This document shows positions 9,163 to 17,562 of a DNA stretch of 64,000 nucleotides, one piece after another. The stretch lies in NCBI GenBank assembly GCA_903921325.1, contig CAIXPL010000025.1, positions 4,905 through 68,904 of the forward strand, in the 5' to 3' direction. A program made the translations under genes and the position numbers. Each line of letters opens with the position of its first letter. Position 1 is the stretch's first letter. Below the pieces are notes generated by a model. The model was not told the origin of the DNA. It did not search any database and saw only the letters and a list, made by a program, of their open reading frames with translations. Source of the stretch: an uncultured Pseudomonadota bacterium. GTDB lineage: Bacteria; Pseudomonadota; Gammaproteobacteria; Burkholderiales; SG8-39.

Positions 9163-10386
9163 TCAGGCGACGCTCACGCGGGCAAAGCGGCGCTTGCCGA
9201 CCTGCACCACCACGGTAAGGCCAGCGGCAATCGACGTCATACGATCGCTGATGCGCTCGCCATCGACACGAACACCTCCCTGCTCGATCATGCGGACCGC
9301 TTCGGCACTGCTCGGCACCAGCCCGGCCTGCTTGAGCAATGCCGTGATCAACAACGGCCCGCCGGTCAGCGACACGTTCGGAATGTCCGCGGGAATCTCG
9401 CCCGCACGGAATCGCCGGACGAAGGCCTCCTCGGCCTCGCGAGCAGCGTGTGCGCCATGGAACCGGGTCACAATCTCGGTGGCAAACCCGGCCTTGAGGT
9501 CGCGCGGATTACGTCCCTGGGCAACTTCCTCGCGCCAGCGCGCGATAGTCGCCAGGGATTCGAAGGACAACAATTCGATGTAGCGCCACATCAGGTCGTC
9601 GGAGATCGACATCAGTTTGCCGAACTGGGACTGCGCTTCTTCGTTGATGCCGACGTAATTGCCCAGCGACTTCGACATCTTGTTGACGCCATCGAGACCC
9701 TCGAGAATGGGCAGGGTGACGATGCACTGCGGGGACTGACCGTAATGCTTCTGCAACTCACGGCCGACCAGCAGATTGAACTTCTGGTCGGTGCCGCCCA
9801 GCTCGATGTCGGCCTTCATGGCGACCGAGTCGTAACCCTGCATGATCGGGTAGAGCAGCTCATGCAAGGCGATCGGCTGTTCAGCGCGGAAGCGGCGCGA
9901 AAAATCGTCGCGCTGCAGCATCTGCGAAACCGTGTGTTGTGCCGCCAGTTTGATCATGCCCTGGGCGCCGAGTGGCTCGGACCAGGTCGAATTGAACAGG
10001 ATTTCAGTCTGCTCAGGATCGAGGATCTTGAACACCTGCTCACGATAGGTGAGCGCGTTGGCAGCAATCTGCTCGCGAGTGAGTGCAGGGCGGGTCGCGT
10101 TGCGGCCAGTCGGGTCGCCGATCATGCCGGTGAAATCGCCAATCAGGAACTGCACGTGATGGCCGAGTTCCTGAAAGTGTCGAAGTTTATTGATGACCAC
10201 GGTATGCCCGAGGTGCAGGTCGGGGGCTGTCGGGTCCATGCCGAGCTTGACATTGAGGACCTTGCCGCTGGCCAGGCGCTGCTCGAGTTCGGACTCGACC
10301 AGAACTTCTTCTGCGCCACGGCGAATAATGGCCATGGCTTCGCTGACAGGAATAGTTCCTGGCGCCTGATACCTTGTCATTGACAA
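9163..10386 (-). CDS. tyrS: Tyrosyl-tRNA synthetase
   Basis: Class I HIGH motif ([10 protein letters not shown]) and KMSKS motif, with a C-terminal S4-like domain ([12 protein letters not shown]). Confidence 0.95.
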   Translation of the reverse strand: MSMTRYQAPGTIPVSEAMAIIRRGAEEVLVESELEQRLASGKVLNVKLGMDPTAPDLHLGHTVVINKLRHFQELGHHVQFLIGDFTGMIGDPTGRNATRPALTREQIAANALTYREQVFKILDPEQTEILFNSTWSEPLGAQGMIKLAAQHTVSQMLQRDDFSRRFRAEQPIALHELLYPIMQGYDSVAMKADIELGGTDQKFNLLVGRELQKHYGQSPQCIVTLPILEGLDGVNKMSKSLGNYVGINEEAQSQFGKLMSISDDLMWRYIELLSFESLATIARWREEVAQGRNPRDLKAGFATEIVTRFHGAHAAREAEEAFVRRFRAGEIPADIPNVSLTGGPLLITALLKQAGLVPSSAEAVRMIEQGGVRVDGERISDRMTSIAAGLTVVVQVGKRRFARVSVA

Positions 10387-10408
10387 ACCTTACGATATTT
10401 GTGACACT

Positions 10409-12082
10409 TTGACTCGATTATCAATCAAAAACATGCCGAAAATCAATCTCTTATCGATCTGCACCGAGCTGTGGAGCGGGTTTATGCGCGCCACGGCGGG
10501 GCTGCGGCTGCGTTACCGGGCGCTTGCACGCGCTTGCGGCGCGCGCTGGGGTCGCCTCGGCGCCTGGTTGCTGGCATCGCGACTGGCCGCAACGATCATC
10601 CACACGCTCGTTAAGGTAGCTCCGCTATTCAGGCACCTCGAAGCGCTAACTGCGAGGTTGTCCGGGGCATTGGCAATGACCGTTTCGCGCTCGGTTGGCT
10701 GGTTGAGCAATGGTGTTCATCGGATGATGTCCCACTTGGGCCGGCGAGTCTTTCCGCTGGTGAGTCGCTATAGTGACCATGCCACCGATTTTGCCGCTGC
10801 GATCGCGCAACGCTCACTCAACCCGCGGCAAAAGCTGGTCGGCGCCGTCGCTGTCGTTTCGCTGACTTCGGTCGTCGGTGCCATTGCCACGGTGGATGGC
10901 ACTGCAGGGTTTGTCACGACTCATGCAGTTGAGCAGGCCCTGTCGATTCAGGCAACCACCCTGGGAAACCCCGCCGAAGCGATGTACTGGTATGAAGAGC
11001 GCATGGGACGCGGCGACACCTTTGCCTCCTTGCTTGCACGTCTTCAAGTCCGCGGCGTCGAGGTCAACCGGGTGCTCGGCGATGCAACGGCAGCGCGGAT
11101 CATGCATAAGCTGCGCACCGATACCGCCGTACACGCCCAGGTCAATGGCAGCGGCGAGCTGCAGCAGATTGAATTCGTTACTGCCGAAGATCGTCTGGCA
11201 AAGCTGGTGCGCGCCGAGGGCGCGAAAGTCCGCTGGGTGGCCACTGAGCGCCCGCTGCCAATGGAACGCCATACCGTGTCGTCCAGTGTCACGATCCGCT
11301 CCGGATTGTCTGCCGATGCAGAGCATGCTGGCATTCCGGGTAGCGTCGTTGCTCAGTTGCCACAAGCCTTCGGCGACGTGCTCGCGGTGTCATCGGGATT
11401 GCACCGTGGCGACCAGGTGAGCACCTTGTATGAAACGTTCTGGCATGAAGGTGAAATGATCCGCCCGGGTCGCCTGCTCGCGGCTGAAGTAACCCAGGGT
11501 CGCAATAGCCAACGGGTCGTCTGGTTTGACGGTACGCGCGGTTATTACACCGCGCAAGGTCGTAGCGTTTTGGCAACACCGGGCATTCATCGCCTGCCAG
11601 TAGACGGGGCGAAGATCACCACGGGCTTTGCCGCCCATGTTGGTCCGACAGGCCAGCAATGGGTGACCCATAAAGGCATTGATTACGCCGTACCCATGGG
11701 CACGCCGATTCATGCGACCGGCGATGGAACGATTGATTTCGTGGGTTGGCAAGGGGGCTATGGCAATGTCGTGGTGGTGCGTCATCCCAGTGATTACACG
11801 ACCCTCTATGCGCATATGAGCCAATTCAGTCCGAGCGCCCGCCCGGGGTTGCGCGTGAACGAAGGACAAGTGCTTGGCTTTGTCGGCATGACGGGCTGGT
11901 CGACCGGGCCGCATGTGCACTACGAGTTTCGTCATCATGGCGTGTACATGAATCCGGCCACCGCCAGTCTGGCGCGCAACCGGGAGCTGTCTACCCGACA
12001 AATCGCTCAGCTCCAGACTGAGGCGCGTGCGCTGTTTGCGCAGATGGAAGGGAAGACCGCTTCAGTCGCTCAACTGGATTGA
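10409..12082 (+). CDS. M23 family metallopeptidase (membrane-anchored murein endopeptidase-like)
   Basis: C-terminal M23 motifs HKGIDYAVPMGTPIHATGDGTI and GWSTGPHVHYEF. The start is uncertain: 10409 is a TTG only 22 nt from the tyrS start. Plausible alternatives are ATG 10433, ATG 10484 (MRATAG...) and ATG 10724 (MMSHLGRRVF..., followed by TM-like LVGAVAVVSLTSVVGAIA). Confidence 0.8.
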   Translation: MTRLSIKNMPKINLLSICTELWSGFMRATAGLRLRYRALARACGARWGRLGAWLLASRLAATIIHTLVKVAPLFRHLEALTARLSGALAMTVSRSVGWLSNGVHRMMSHLGRRVFPLVSRYSDHATDFAAAIAQRSLNPRQKLVGAVAVVSLTSVVGAIATVDGTAGFVTTHAVEQALSIQATTLGNPAEAMYWYEERMGRGDTFASLLARLQVRGVEVNRVLGDATAARIMHKLRTDTAVHAQVNGSGELQQIEFVTAEDRLAKLVRAEGAKVRWVATERPLPMERHTVSSSVTIRSGLSADAEHAGIPGSVVAQLPQAFGDVLAVSSGLHRGDQVSTLYETFWHEGEMIRPGRLLAAEVTQGRNSQRVVWFDGTRGYYTAQGRSVLATPGIHRLPVDGAKITTGFAAHVGPTGQQWVTHKGIDYAVPMGTPIHATGDGTIDFVGWQGGYGNVVVVRHPSDYTTLYAHMSQFSPSARPGLRVNEGQVLGFVGMTGWSTGPHVHYEFRHHGVYMNPATASLARNRELSTRQIAQLQTEARALFAQMEGKTASVAQLD

Positions 12083-13194
12083 CTCGCGCCACACGCGCCG
12101 AGATCTATGCCGGGCTGATGTCCGGCACCAGTCTTGATGGCGTTGATGCGGTGCTGGTTGATTTTTCGCAAACCCCGGCACGTCTGATCGGGCACCAGTT
12201 CCTCGCCTATCCGGCCGAGATCCGCCACGCCGCTGCGGAATTGACCGCACCAGGTATTGATGAACTTCATCGCTCTGCGCGACTGGCATTCACCCTGGCC
12301 GAACTCTACGCCGAAGCGACATTGGCACTGCTATCGCGCACCGGCGTGCACGCCAAGGATGTCCGCGCGCTCGGTTGCCATGGCCAAACCGTACGCCACC
12401 GGCCTGAGCAGGGTTACAGCCTGCAACTGGTCAATGCCGCGCACCTGGTGGAGTCCACCGGCATTTGCGTGGTCACGGATTTTCGCAGCCGTGACATCGC
12501 AGCAGGTGGGCAAGGGGCCCCTCTGGTGCCGGCTTTTCATCGCGCCCTATTTCACGACCGCAGCATTGCGCGTGTGATTGTGAATATCGGCGGCATCGCG
12601 AACCTCACCCATCTTCCGACGAGCGGCAAGGTGATTGGCTTTGATACCGGTCCGGGCAACGGCTTGCTCGATCTGTGGATTGGTCGCCACCTGGGTGAGC
12701 ACTGCGACCGTGATGGTGCGCTGGCTGCGCGTGGGCGAGTGGATGAGCCATGCCTGGCGCGACTTCTGGCTGATGATTACTTCAACCGTGCGCCACCAAA
12801 GAGCACCGGGCGCGACGACTTCAACTGGGCCTGGCTTGAGCGCACTGGGGTGACCGCTCTGGATGTTGCCGATGGACAGGCAACGTTGGCCAGTCTCACG
12901 GCGCGCAGCATCGCTCAGGCTGTACGGCAGGTTTGCGGTCCCGCGGGCGGGGTGGACGAGATTCTGCTGTGCGGTGGTGGTGTCTACAACCTTGACCTGG
13001 TGCGGCGCATCGAGCAACTGCTTGCGCCTTGCGCAGTGCGCACCACGGCCGCGCTGGGCATCTCACCTGACCACGTTGAAGCGTTTGCTTTCGCGTGGCT
13101 GGCGCGTTGCACCTTGCAAGGTGCCAGCGGCAATCTACCTGCCGTGACCGGCGCTCGTGGCGAGCGGGTGCTCGGCGCAATCTACCCGGTTTAG
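12079..13194 (+). CDS. anmK: Anhydro-N-acetylmuramic acid kinase
   Basis: N-terminal GLMSGTSLDGVDAV motif typical of AnmK. 371 aa. The TTG start overlaps the stop of the M23 peptidase gene. Confidence 0.9.
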   Translation: MTRATRAEIYAGLMSGTSLDGVDAVLVDFSQTPARLIGHQFLAYPAEIRHAAAELTAPGIDELHRSARLAFTLAELYAEATLALLSRTGVHAKDVRALGCHGQTVRHRPEQGYSLQLVNAAHLVESTGICVVTDFRSRDIAAGGQGAPLVPAFHRALFHDRSIARVIVNIGGIANLTHLPTSGKVIGFDTGPGNGLLDLWIGRHLGEHCDRDGALAARGRVDEPCLARLLADDYFNRAPPKSTGRDDFNWAWLERTGVTALDVADGQATLASLTARSIAQAVRQVCGPAGGVDEILLCGGGVYNLDLVRRIEQLLAPCAVRTTAALGISPDHVEAFAFAWLARCTLQGASGNLPAVTGARGERVLGAIYPV

Positions 13195-13213
13195 CGCTCC
13201 ACCAGGATCGAGG

Positions 13214-13570
13214 TCACGCAGAGAAGGACGAGCCGCACCCGCAGGTGCTGGTAGCGTTGGGATTGCGGATAACGAACTGCGCGCCCTCCACCCCTTCGCT
13301 ATAGTCGATTTCCGCACCAACCAGATACTGAAAGCTCATTGCATCGATGAGCAGGCGAACACCATTCTTGTCCATCACAGTGTCGTCTTCGTTTTGCTCT
13401 TCATCGAACGTAAATCCGTACTGAAAGCCGGAACAGCCACCGCCGGTGACAAAAACCCGCAGCTTCAGGTTGTCGTTACCTTCCTCAACGATGAGCTGTT
13501 TGACCTTACCTGCCGCACTGTCAGTGAAAATCAGCGCTGCCGGCATTTCGGCGACTGCATTCATGGCCAC
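13214..13570 (-). CDS. erpA: Iron-sulfur cluster insertion protein ErpA (A-type carrier)
   Basis: 118 aa. [14 protein letters not shown] and C-terminal STCGCGSSF motifs. A GGAG lies before the ATG. Confidence 0.9.
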   Translation of the reverse strand: MAMNAVAEMPAALIFTDSAAGKVKQLIVEEGNDNLKLRVFVTGGGCSGFQYGFTFDEEQNEDDTVMDKNGVRLLIDAMSFQYLVGAEIDYSEGVEGAQFVIRNPNATSTCGCGSSFSA

Positions 13571-13750
13571 TCCTGGATGATGTCAATCGCACAAGGCGAC
13601 TCAATTTGCTGATTATTGCACCGCGACGAAAGCCGATCAACGTACCCCGCAGAGGGCGCTCACAGGCAAACGGCGTCGATCGCCACCTGACCCAGGTGGG
13701 GCTAAGGCAGACGCTTTTCAAGCGCCGTGATCAGTATGCGCCGGTGCCTC

Positions 13751-14776
13751 TCAGGGCACCAGAGCAACCTGCTCCAGACCCAGGCGTTCGTTCAACCCGA
13801 ACATGATATTCATATTCTGCACCGCCTGCCCGGCGGCGCCCTTGACAAGATTGTCGATGACCGACAGTACGACCAGAGTGTCACCGCCCTGCGGACGATG
13901 CAGCGCCATCCGGCATAGATTGGCACCGCGCACCGAGCGGGTGTCGGGATGCGAGCCGCGCGGCAGAACATCCACAAACGGCTCGCTGCGGTAGCGGTCT
14001 TCGAACAATTGCTGAAAGTCGGTTTCACGGGTGATGCGGGCATACAACGTGGCGTGGATGCCGCGAATCATGGGCGTCAGGTGCGGCACGAAGACGAGTC
14101 CGACCGAATGCGCACTCACGGCATTGAGCCCCTGGCTGATCTCGGGCCAGTGCCGATGACCCGACACACCATAGGCGGAAAAATTATCCGCAGCCTCGGC
14201 AAACAGGGTGTGGACCTCGGCCTTGCGACCGGCGCCGCTCACCCCTGATGCGGCATCCGCGATCAGATGGGCGGCATCGACACAGCCCGCTTCAAGCAGC
14301 GGCAGAAAGCCCAACTGCACGGCGGTCGGGTAGCAACCTGGATTGGCCACGACACGTGCCTTGGCAATGGCGCTGCGATTCACTTCGGGCAAGCCATAGA
14401 CGGCTTCGGCAAGCAGCGCGGGCGCCGCATGCGGCATCTTGTACCAGCGCTCCCAAACCGCAGGATCGCGCAGGCGAAAGTCGGCTGCCAGATCGATTAT
14501 GCGCACCCCCTGCTCGACCAGCGCGCTCGCCTCGCCCATCGCGACGCCATTGGGCGTTGCAAAGAACACCAGATCGCACTGCTCCAGCCCGGCATCGGCC
14601 GGATCGCTGAAGGCGAGGTCGACATGACCTCGCAGCGACGGGAACATTTGATCAACCCGCATGCCGGCCTCTTTGCGCGAGGTGATCGCATGCAGGTGCG
14701 CCTCGGGATGCCTGGCCAGCAAGCGCAGCAGTTCTACTCCGGTGTATCCGGTGCCCCCAACAATTCCGATTTTCAC
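13751..14776 (-). CDS. argC: N-acetyl-gamma-glutamyl-phosphate reductase
   Basis: [21 protein letters not shown]-terminus and active-site [10 protein letters not shown] prefer GTG 14776, which is preceded by GGAGA at 6-nt spacing; the track's longer start is ATG 14800. Confidence 0.9.
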   Translation of the reverse strand: MKIGIVGGTGYTGVELLRLLARHPEAHLHAITSRKEAGMRVDQMFPSLRGHVDLAFSDPADAGLEQCDLVFFATPNGVAMGEASALVEQGVRIIDLAADFRLRDPAVWERWYKMPHAAPALLAEAVYGLPEVNRSAIAKARVVANPGCYPTAVQLGFLPLLEAGCVDAAHLIADAASGVSGAGRKAEVHTLFAEAADNFSAYGVSGHRHWPEISQGLNAVSAHSVGLVFVPHLTPMIRGIHATLYARITRETDFQQLFEDRYRSEPFVDVLPRGSHPDTRSVRGANLCRMALHRPQGGDTLVVLSVIDNLVKGAAGQAVQNMNIMFGLNERLGLEQVALVP

Positions 14777-14825
14777 CTTGATCTCCTGACCATGAAGCAT
14801 GCGTCACACAAAGCATGCGATGAGC

Positions 14826-14854
14826 AAAAAAAAGCCGCCTTGCAGGCGGCTTTT
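14826..14854 (-). terminator. Rho-independent terminator after rpsI (bidirectional-looking)
   Basis: Stem GCCGCCT/AGGCGGC (14834-14840 / 14844-14850) with a 3-nt loop. It is flanked by an A8 run on the + strand, which is a U-run on the - strand transcript. It starts about 10 nt after the rpsI stop. Confidence 0.75.
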
Positions 14855-14864
14855 CTCGTGGCGA

Positions 14865-15257
14865 TTAACGCTTGGAGAACTGCTTGCGCCTGCGCGCCTT
14901 GTGCAGACCCACTTTCTTTCGTTCCACCGCACGTGCGTCGCGGGTAACAAACCCGGCATTCGAGAGCGCTGGTTTCAGGCTGGCGTCATATTCGACCAGG
15001 GCGCGGGTCAACCCATGCCGAACCGCGCCGGCCTGACCTGATTCGCCGCCGCCATCAACGTTGACCTTCACATCGAAGGTCGCGAGATGATTGGTGAGAA
15101 CCAGAGGCTGACGCACCACCATGCGACCGGTCTCGCGACCAAAATACTCGTCAACCGGCTTGTCGTTGACCAGAAACTGGCCACGCCCCGGTTTGATGAA
15201 AACACGGGCGACCGAGGTCTTGCGACGGCCGGTGCCGTAATGAAATTCGCCAATCAT
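14865..15257 (-). CDS. rpsI: 30S ribosomal protein S9
   Basis: 130 aa. [13 protein letters not shown] and C-terminal [10 protein letters not shown]. Confidence 0.97.
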   Translation of the reverse strand: MIGEFHYGTGRRKTSVARVFIKPGRGQFLVNDKPVDEYFGRETGRMVVRQPLVLTNHLATFDVKVNVDGGGESGQAGAVRHGLTRALVEYDASLKPALSNAGFVTRDARAVERKKVGLHKARRRKQFSKR

Positions 15258-15688
15258 TGTACGATCTCCAGCACTTTGGGCTGCTGTGCAGTGTGCGGAT
15301 GTTCCGCCCCACCGTACACCTTGAGCTTCTTCAGCATGGCGTAGCCCAAAGGTCCTTTGGGCAGCATGCCTTTTACCGCGATTTCGAGAGCACGACCAGG
15401 GAAGCGCTCCTGCATCTTGGCAAAATTGGTTTCATAGATGCCACCCGGGTAACCGCTGTGGCGATAGTATTTCTTGTCTTGTGCCTTGTTGCCGGTGACA
15501 CGGATCTTGCCCGCGTTCACGACAACAATGAAATCACCGGTATCCACGTGCCGGGTGAATTCGGGCTTGTGTTTGCCACGCAGGCGGCGGGCGATTTCGG
15601 CAGCGAGCCGGCCCAGTACCTTGTCGCTCGCGTCGACGACAAACCAGTCGTGGACGACTTCATGCGGTTTTGCTGAGAAGGTTTTCAT
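15254..15688 (-). CDS. rplM: 50S ribosomal protein L13
   Basis: Track ORF trimmed to [20 protein letters not shown]... (ATG 15688). The stop overlaps the rpsI start. Confidence 0.97.
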   Translation of the reverse strand: MKTFSAKPHEVVHDWFVVDASDKVLGRLAAEIARRLRGKHKPEFTRHVDTGDFIVVVNAGKIRVTGNKAQDKKYYRHSGYPGGIYETNFAKMQERFPGRALEIAVKGMLPKGPLGYAMLKKLKVYGGAEHPHTAQQPKVLEIVQ

Positions 15689-15762
15689 CGAGTCGTCTTT
15701 CCGCCCCTGTGGTATGAGCACCCGGGCATGGTATTGATAGGGTCGTGCGAGAAGAACCCAGG

Positions 15763-15791
15763 ATGATAACCACAGTCGCGGCAGACGTCAA
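15763..15791 (-). promoter_or_regulatory. Putative sigma70 promoter of rplM-rpsI
   Basis: On the - strand: TTGACG (15791-15786), a 17-nt spacer, then TATCAT (15768-15763). This predicts a 5' UTR of about 65-70 nt. Confidence 0.5.
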
Positions 15792-15802
15792 CTACTACCC
15801 GC

Positions 15803-16540
15803 TCAAACATCCCGTCGCAGCACATAGATCAGCACGTCGCCGTAGAACGGCACCTCGCCGCGCATCCAGACCGGGAGTTTGCGCTGCAAGAGCGGTCGCA
15901 CCAATTCCGAGTACCACGTTTTGCCCGAGATGCGATTAACAGCGGCTGCGACCCATGTGAGTCCGAGCGCCTTGATGGCGTAGCGTACGAACATCATGTC
16001 GATCGGATGCACGTGCCCGGCGTCCCTGGCGTTCTCGCCCTCAGGACCGAAGAAGCGATGGTAGCCTCGACCGATCACATACTTTCGCGAACGCAGGCTG
16101 TCGACGTTGGGCGTGGTTAGAAAAAGCAGACCACCCGGGCGCAGCACCCGAGCACACTCGCGCAGGAAGCCGGTCGGATTCTCCAGATGCTCAATGCCCT
16201 CGACGCTCACTACGGCATCCAGTTCGGCGTCGGCGAACGGCAGACCGCGGTTGCAGTCATGCAGGCGGCGGCGCTCGCGCTCGAATTTGAACGGCTCCAC
16301 TGCCGCGATGTCCACCGCGATCACGTCGAGTCCGCCCGCGGCGAGTTGCGCCGATAACGCGCCCGCGCCGCAGGGCAAATCACAAAGGCGTGCGCCGGGC
16401 TTGTCTTTCAGGTAGGTGCGCACCAGTTCAAGCACGCGCTGGTGCGTATTGGGCGCAGCAGCATGTGGCTTCCAGTCAGCCTTTACGCCGAGTGCCCTTG
16501 CGCGCTCGCCCTCCCCTGGTGCGAGCTTCGATTCTGACAC
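15803..16540 (-). CDS. Class I SAM-dependent methyltransferase (substrate unknown)
   Basis: Motif I LCDLPCGAGALS, then DAVVSVEGIEHL and VLRPGGLLFLTTPN. Track ORF (to 16774) trimmed to GTG 16540, which is preceded by AAGGAG at 6-nt spacing. The longer ORF would read through a strong intrinsic terminator. Confidence 0.75.
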   Translation of the reverse strand: MSESKLAPGEGERARALGVKADWKPHAAAPNTHQRVLELVRTYLKDKPGARLCDLPCGAGALSAQLAAGGLDVIAVDIAAVEPFKFERERRRLHDCNRGLPFADAELDAVVSVEGIEHLENPTGFLRECARVLRPGGLLFLTTPNVDSLRSRKYVIGRGYHRFFGPEGENARDAGHVHPIDMMFVRYAIKALGLTWVAAAVNRISGKTWYSELVRPLLQRKLPVWMRGEVPFYGDVLIYVLRRDV

Positions 16541-16705
16541 GCTGGGCTCCTTATACGGATGTCCGGATTTGCCTATGCTAACTGATCGCCTGCGGGATGG
16601 CCTCGCAGGCAGCATGCGGAAGCAAATCCGGGCCTGAGCGCACTTGTGTTCCGCGTCGCTTACGGCAACCAAACGATCACGCGCATTGCGCCTGTTGCGC
16701 ACAGC

Positions 16706-16829
16706 AAAAAAAAAAACGCGGTCTGGATACCAGACCGCGTTGAATCCACCAAAGGAGGAGGGTGGAGGAGACAATCGACGGGAACCGAGTTGCCATGACC
16801 AACTGCACGATCAAGGCAACATTCCCACA
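16706..16829 (-). ncRNA. Candidate small RNA (about 120 nt) with tandem CUCCUCC anti-SD motifs; alternatively a terminated leader of the methyltransferase gene
   Basis: Own reading of the - strand.
- SL1: GGGAA-U-GUUGCC (16826-16815) pairs with GGCAAC-UCGG-UUCCC (16794-16780).
- SL2: UCCACC (16766-16761) pairs with GGUGGA (16750-16745), with loop CUCCUCCUUU.
- SL3: an 11-12 bp GC-rich stem (16717-16739) followed by 11 U (16716-16706).
- No credible ORF. Confidence 0.45.
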
Positions 16830-16835
16830 GCCCAG

Positions 16836-16864
16836 ATACTACATAAATATTTTGTGCGTTGCAA
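16836..16864 (-). promoter_or_regulatory. Putative sigma70 promoter of the candidate RNA
   Basis: On the - strand: TTGCAA (16864-16859), a 17-nt spacer, then TAGTAT (16841-16836). This predicts a transcription start near 16829. Confidence 0.45.
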
Positions 16865-17142
16865 GATAAATGCGTGATTGGTCGATTAATTCCTCAGTCC
16901 CATTCCGGCAATTGAGACATTCTTCTCAATTTCCACCAAATATGACCGATCGCACTTTTTTGTCGGGCTTTCGCCAACCTGTTCGTTCCAAGTCATGTAT
17001 ACGGGTGCGCACTTCTCGGCGTGGCTTGCACCGATCGATCATGCGCCCCCCCCCCAAGACGAGCGGCGTATGTCCGTTGCGCAAGCAGCCACAGGTGCGT
17101 CTTGTATCATCCGGGATTGCCTTGGATCGAGTGGCGCACATC

Positions 17143-17562
17143 ATGGAATGCACAGTCAGATGGGTGGACGGCATGGCCTTCATGGCCGAGACCGAAAGTG
17201 GACATGCCTTTGTCATGGACGGCGCACCGGAGGGCGGCGGGCGCAATCTTGGGCCACGGCCCATGGAAACGGTATTAGCCGGTACGGGTGGCTGCACCAT
17301 TTACGATGTGCTGGTGATACTGAAGAAAAGTGGTCAACAGGTCACAGGAGGCCATGTGCAACTTCAGGCCGAACGGGCCGAGACCGACCCCAAGGTATTC
17401 ACCCGAATTCACATGCATTTTGTGATTCGCGGCCGCGCCATCAAGCCGGCGCTGGTCGAGAGCGCCATCAAGCTATCGCACCATAAGTACTGCTCGGCCT
17501 CGATCATGCTCGGCAAGACCGCCGATATCACCCATGACTACGAAATCATCGAAGAGGCCTAA
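17143..17562 (+). CDS. OsmC/Ohr-family protein (YhfA-like)
   Basis: Track ORF trimmed to MECTVRWVDGMAFMAETESGH... (ATG 17143). 139 aa, an OsmC-like size and pattern (GTGGCTIYDV ... KYCSASIML). Confidence 0.75.
   Translation: MECTVRWVDGMAFMAETESGHAFVMDGAPEGGGRNLGPRPMETVLAGTGGCTIYDVLVILKKSGQQVTGGHVQLQAERAETDPKVFTRIHMHFVIRGRAIKPALVESAIKLSHHKYCSASIMLGKTADITHDYEIIEEA

Noticed and set aside
9100-10383. A 427-aa + strand ORF that mirrors almost the entire tyrS gene.
   Set aside because: It is an exact antisense shadow of a gene with unmistakable TyrS motifs. It has no recognisable motifs of its own and an Arg/Ala/Gly-rich composition. Long antisense ORFs are expected in GC-rich DNA because stop codons are rare. 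The same applies to 4014-5375 (anti-xdhB), 21563-22402, 22547-23350 (anti-trp genes), 40530-41270 (anti-glyS), 43790-44539 (anti-rsmA), 45862-46647 (anti-lptD) and 34450-34959 (anti-phoH).
15803-16774. A long N-terminal extension of the methyltransferase (323-aa track ORF).
   Set aside because: The extension would translate a 12-bp GC hairpin plus a T11 run (…VFFFAV…) and CU-rich repeats. A GTG with a good AAGGAG SD lies at 16540. Similar over-extended track ORFs were trimmed at 16870 (OsmC), 18635 (Coq7), 19765 (porin), 26077 (ApaG), 26633 (MltA), 35591 (CorC), 56819 (HemF) and 3319 (XdhC).
16741-16872. The + strand reading of the CU-rich element: a super-strong SD-like AAAGGAGGAGGGTGGAGGAG followed by a 24-codon ORF (MTNCTIKATFPQPRYYINILCVAR).
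   Set aside because: The ATG is about 25 nt from the SD-like run, which is too far. There is no + strand promoter or terminator, whereas the - strand has both a near-consensus promoter and a strong terminator.
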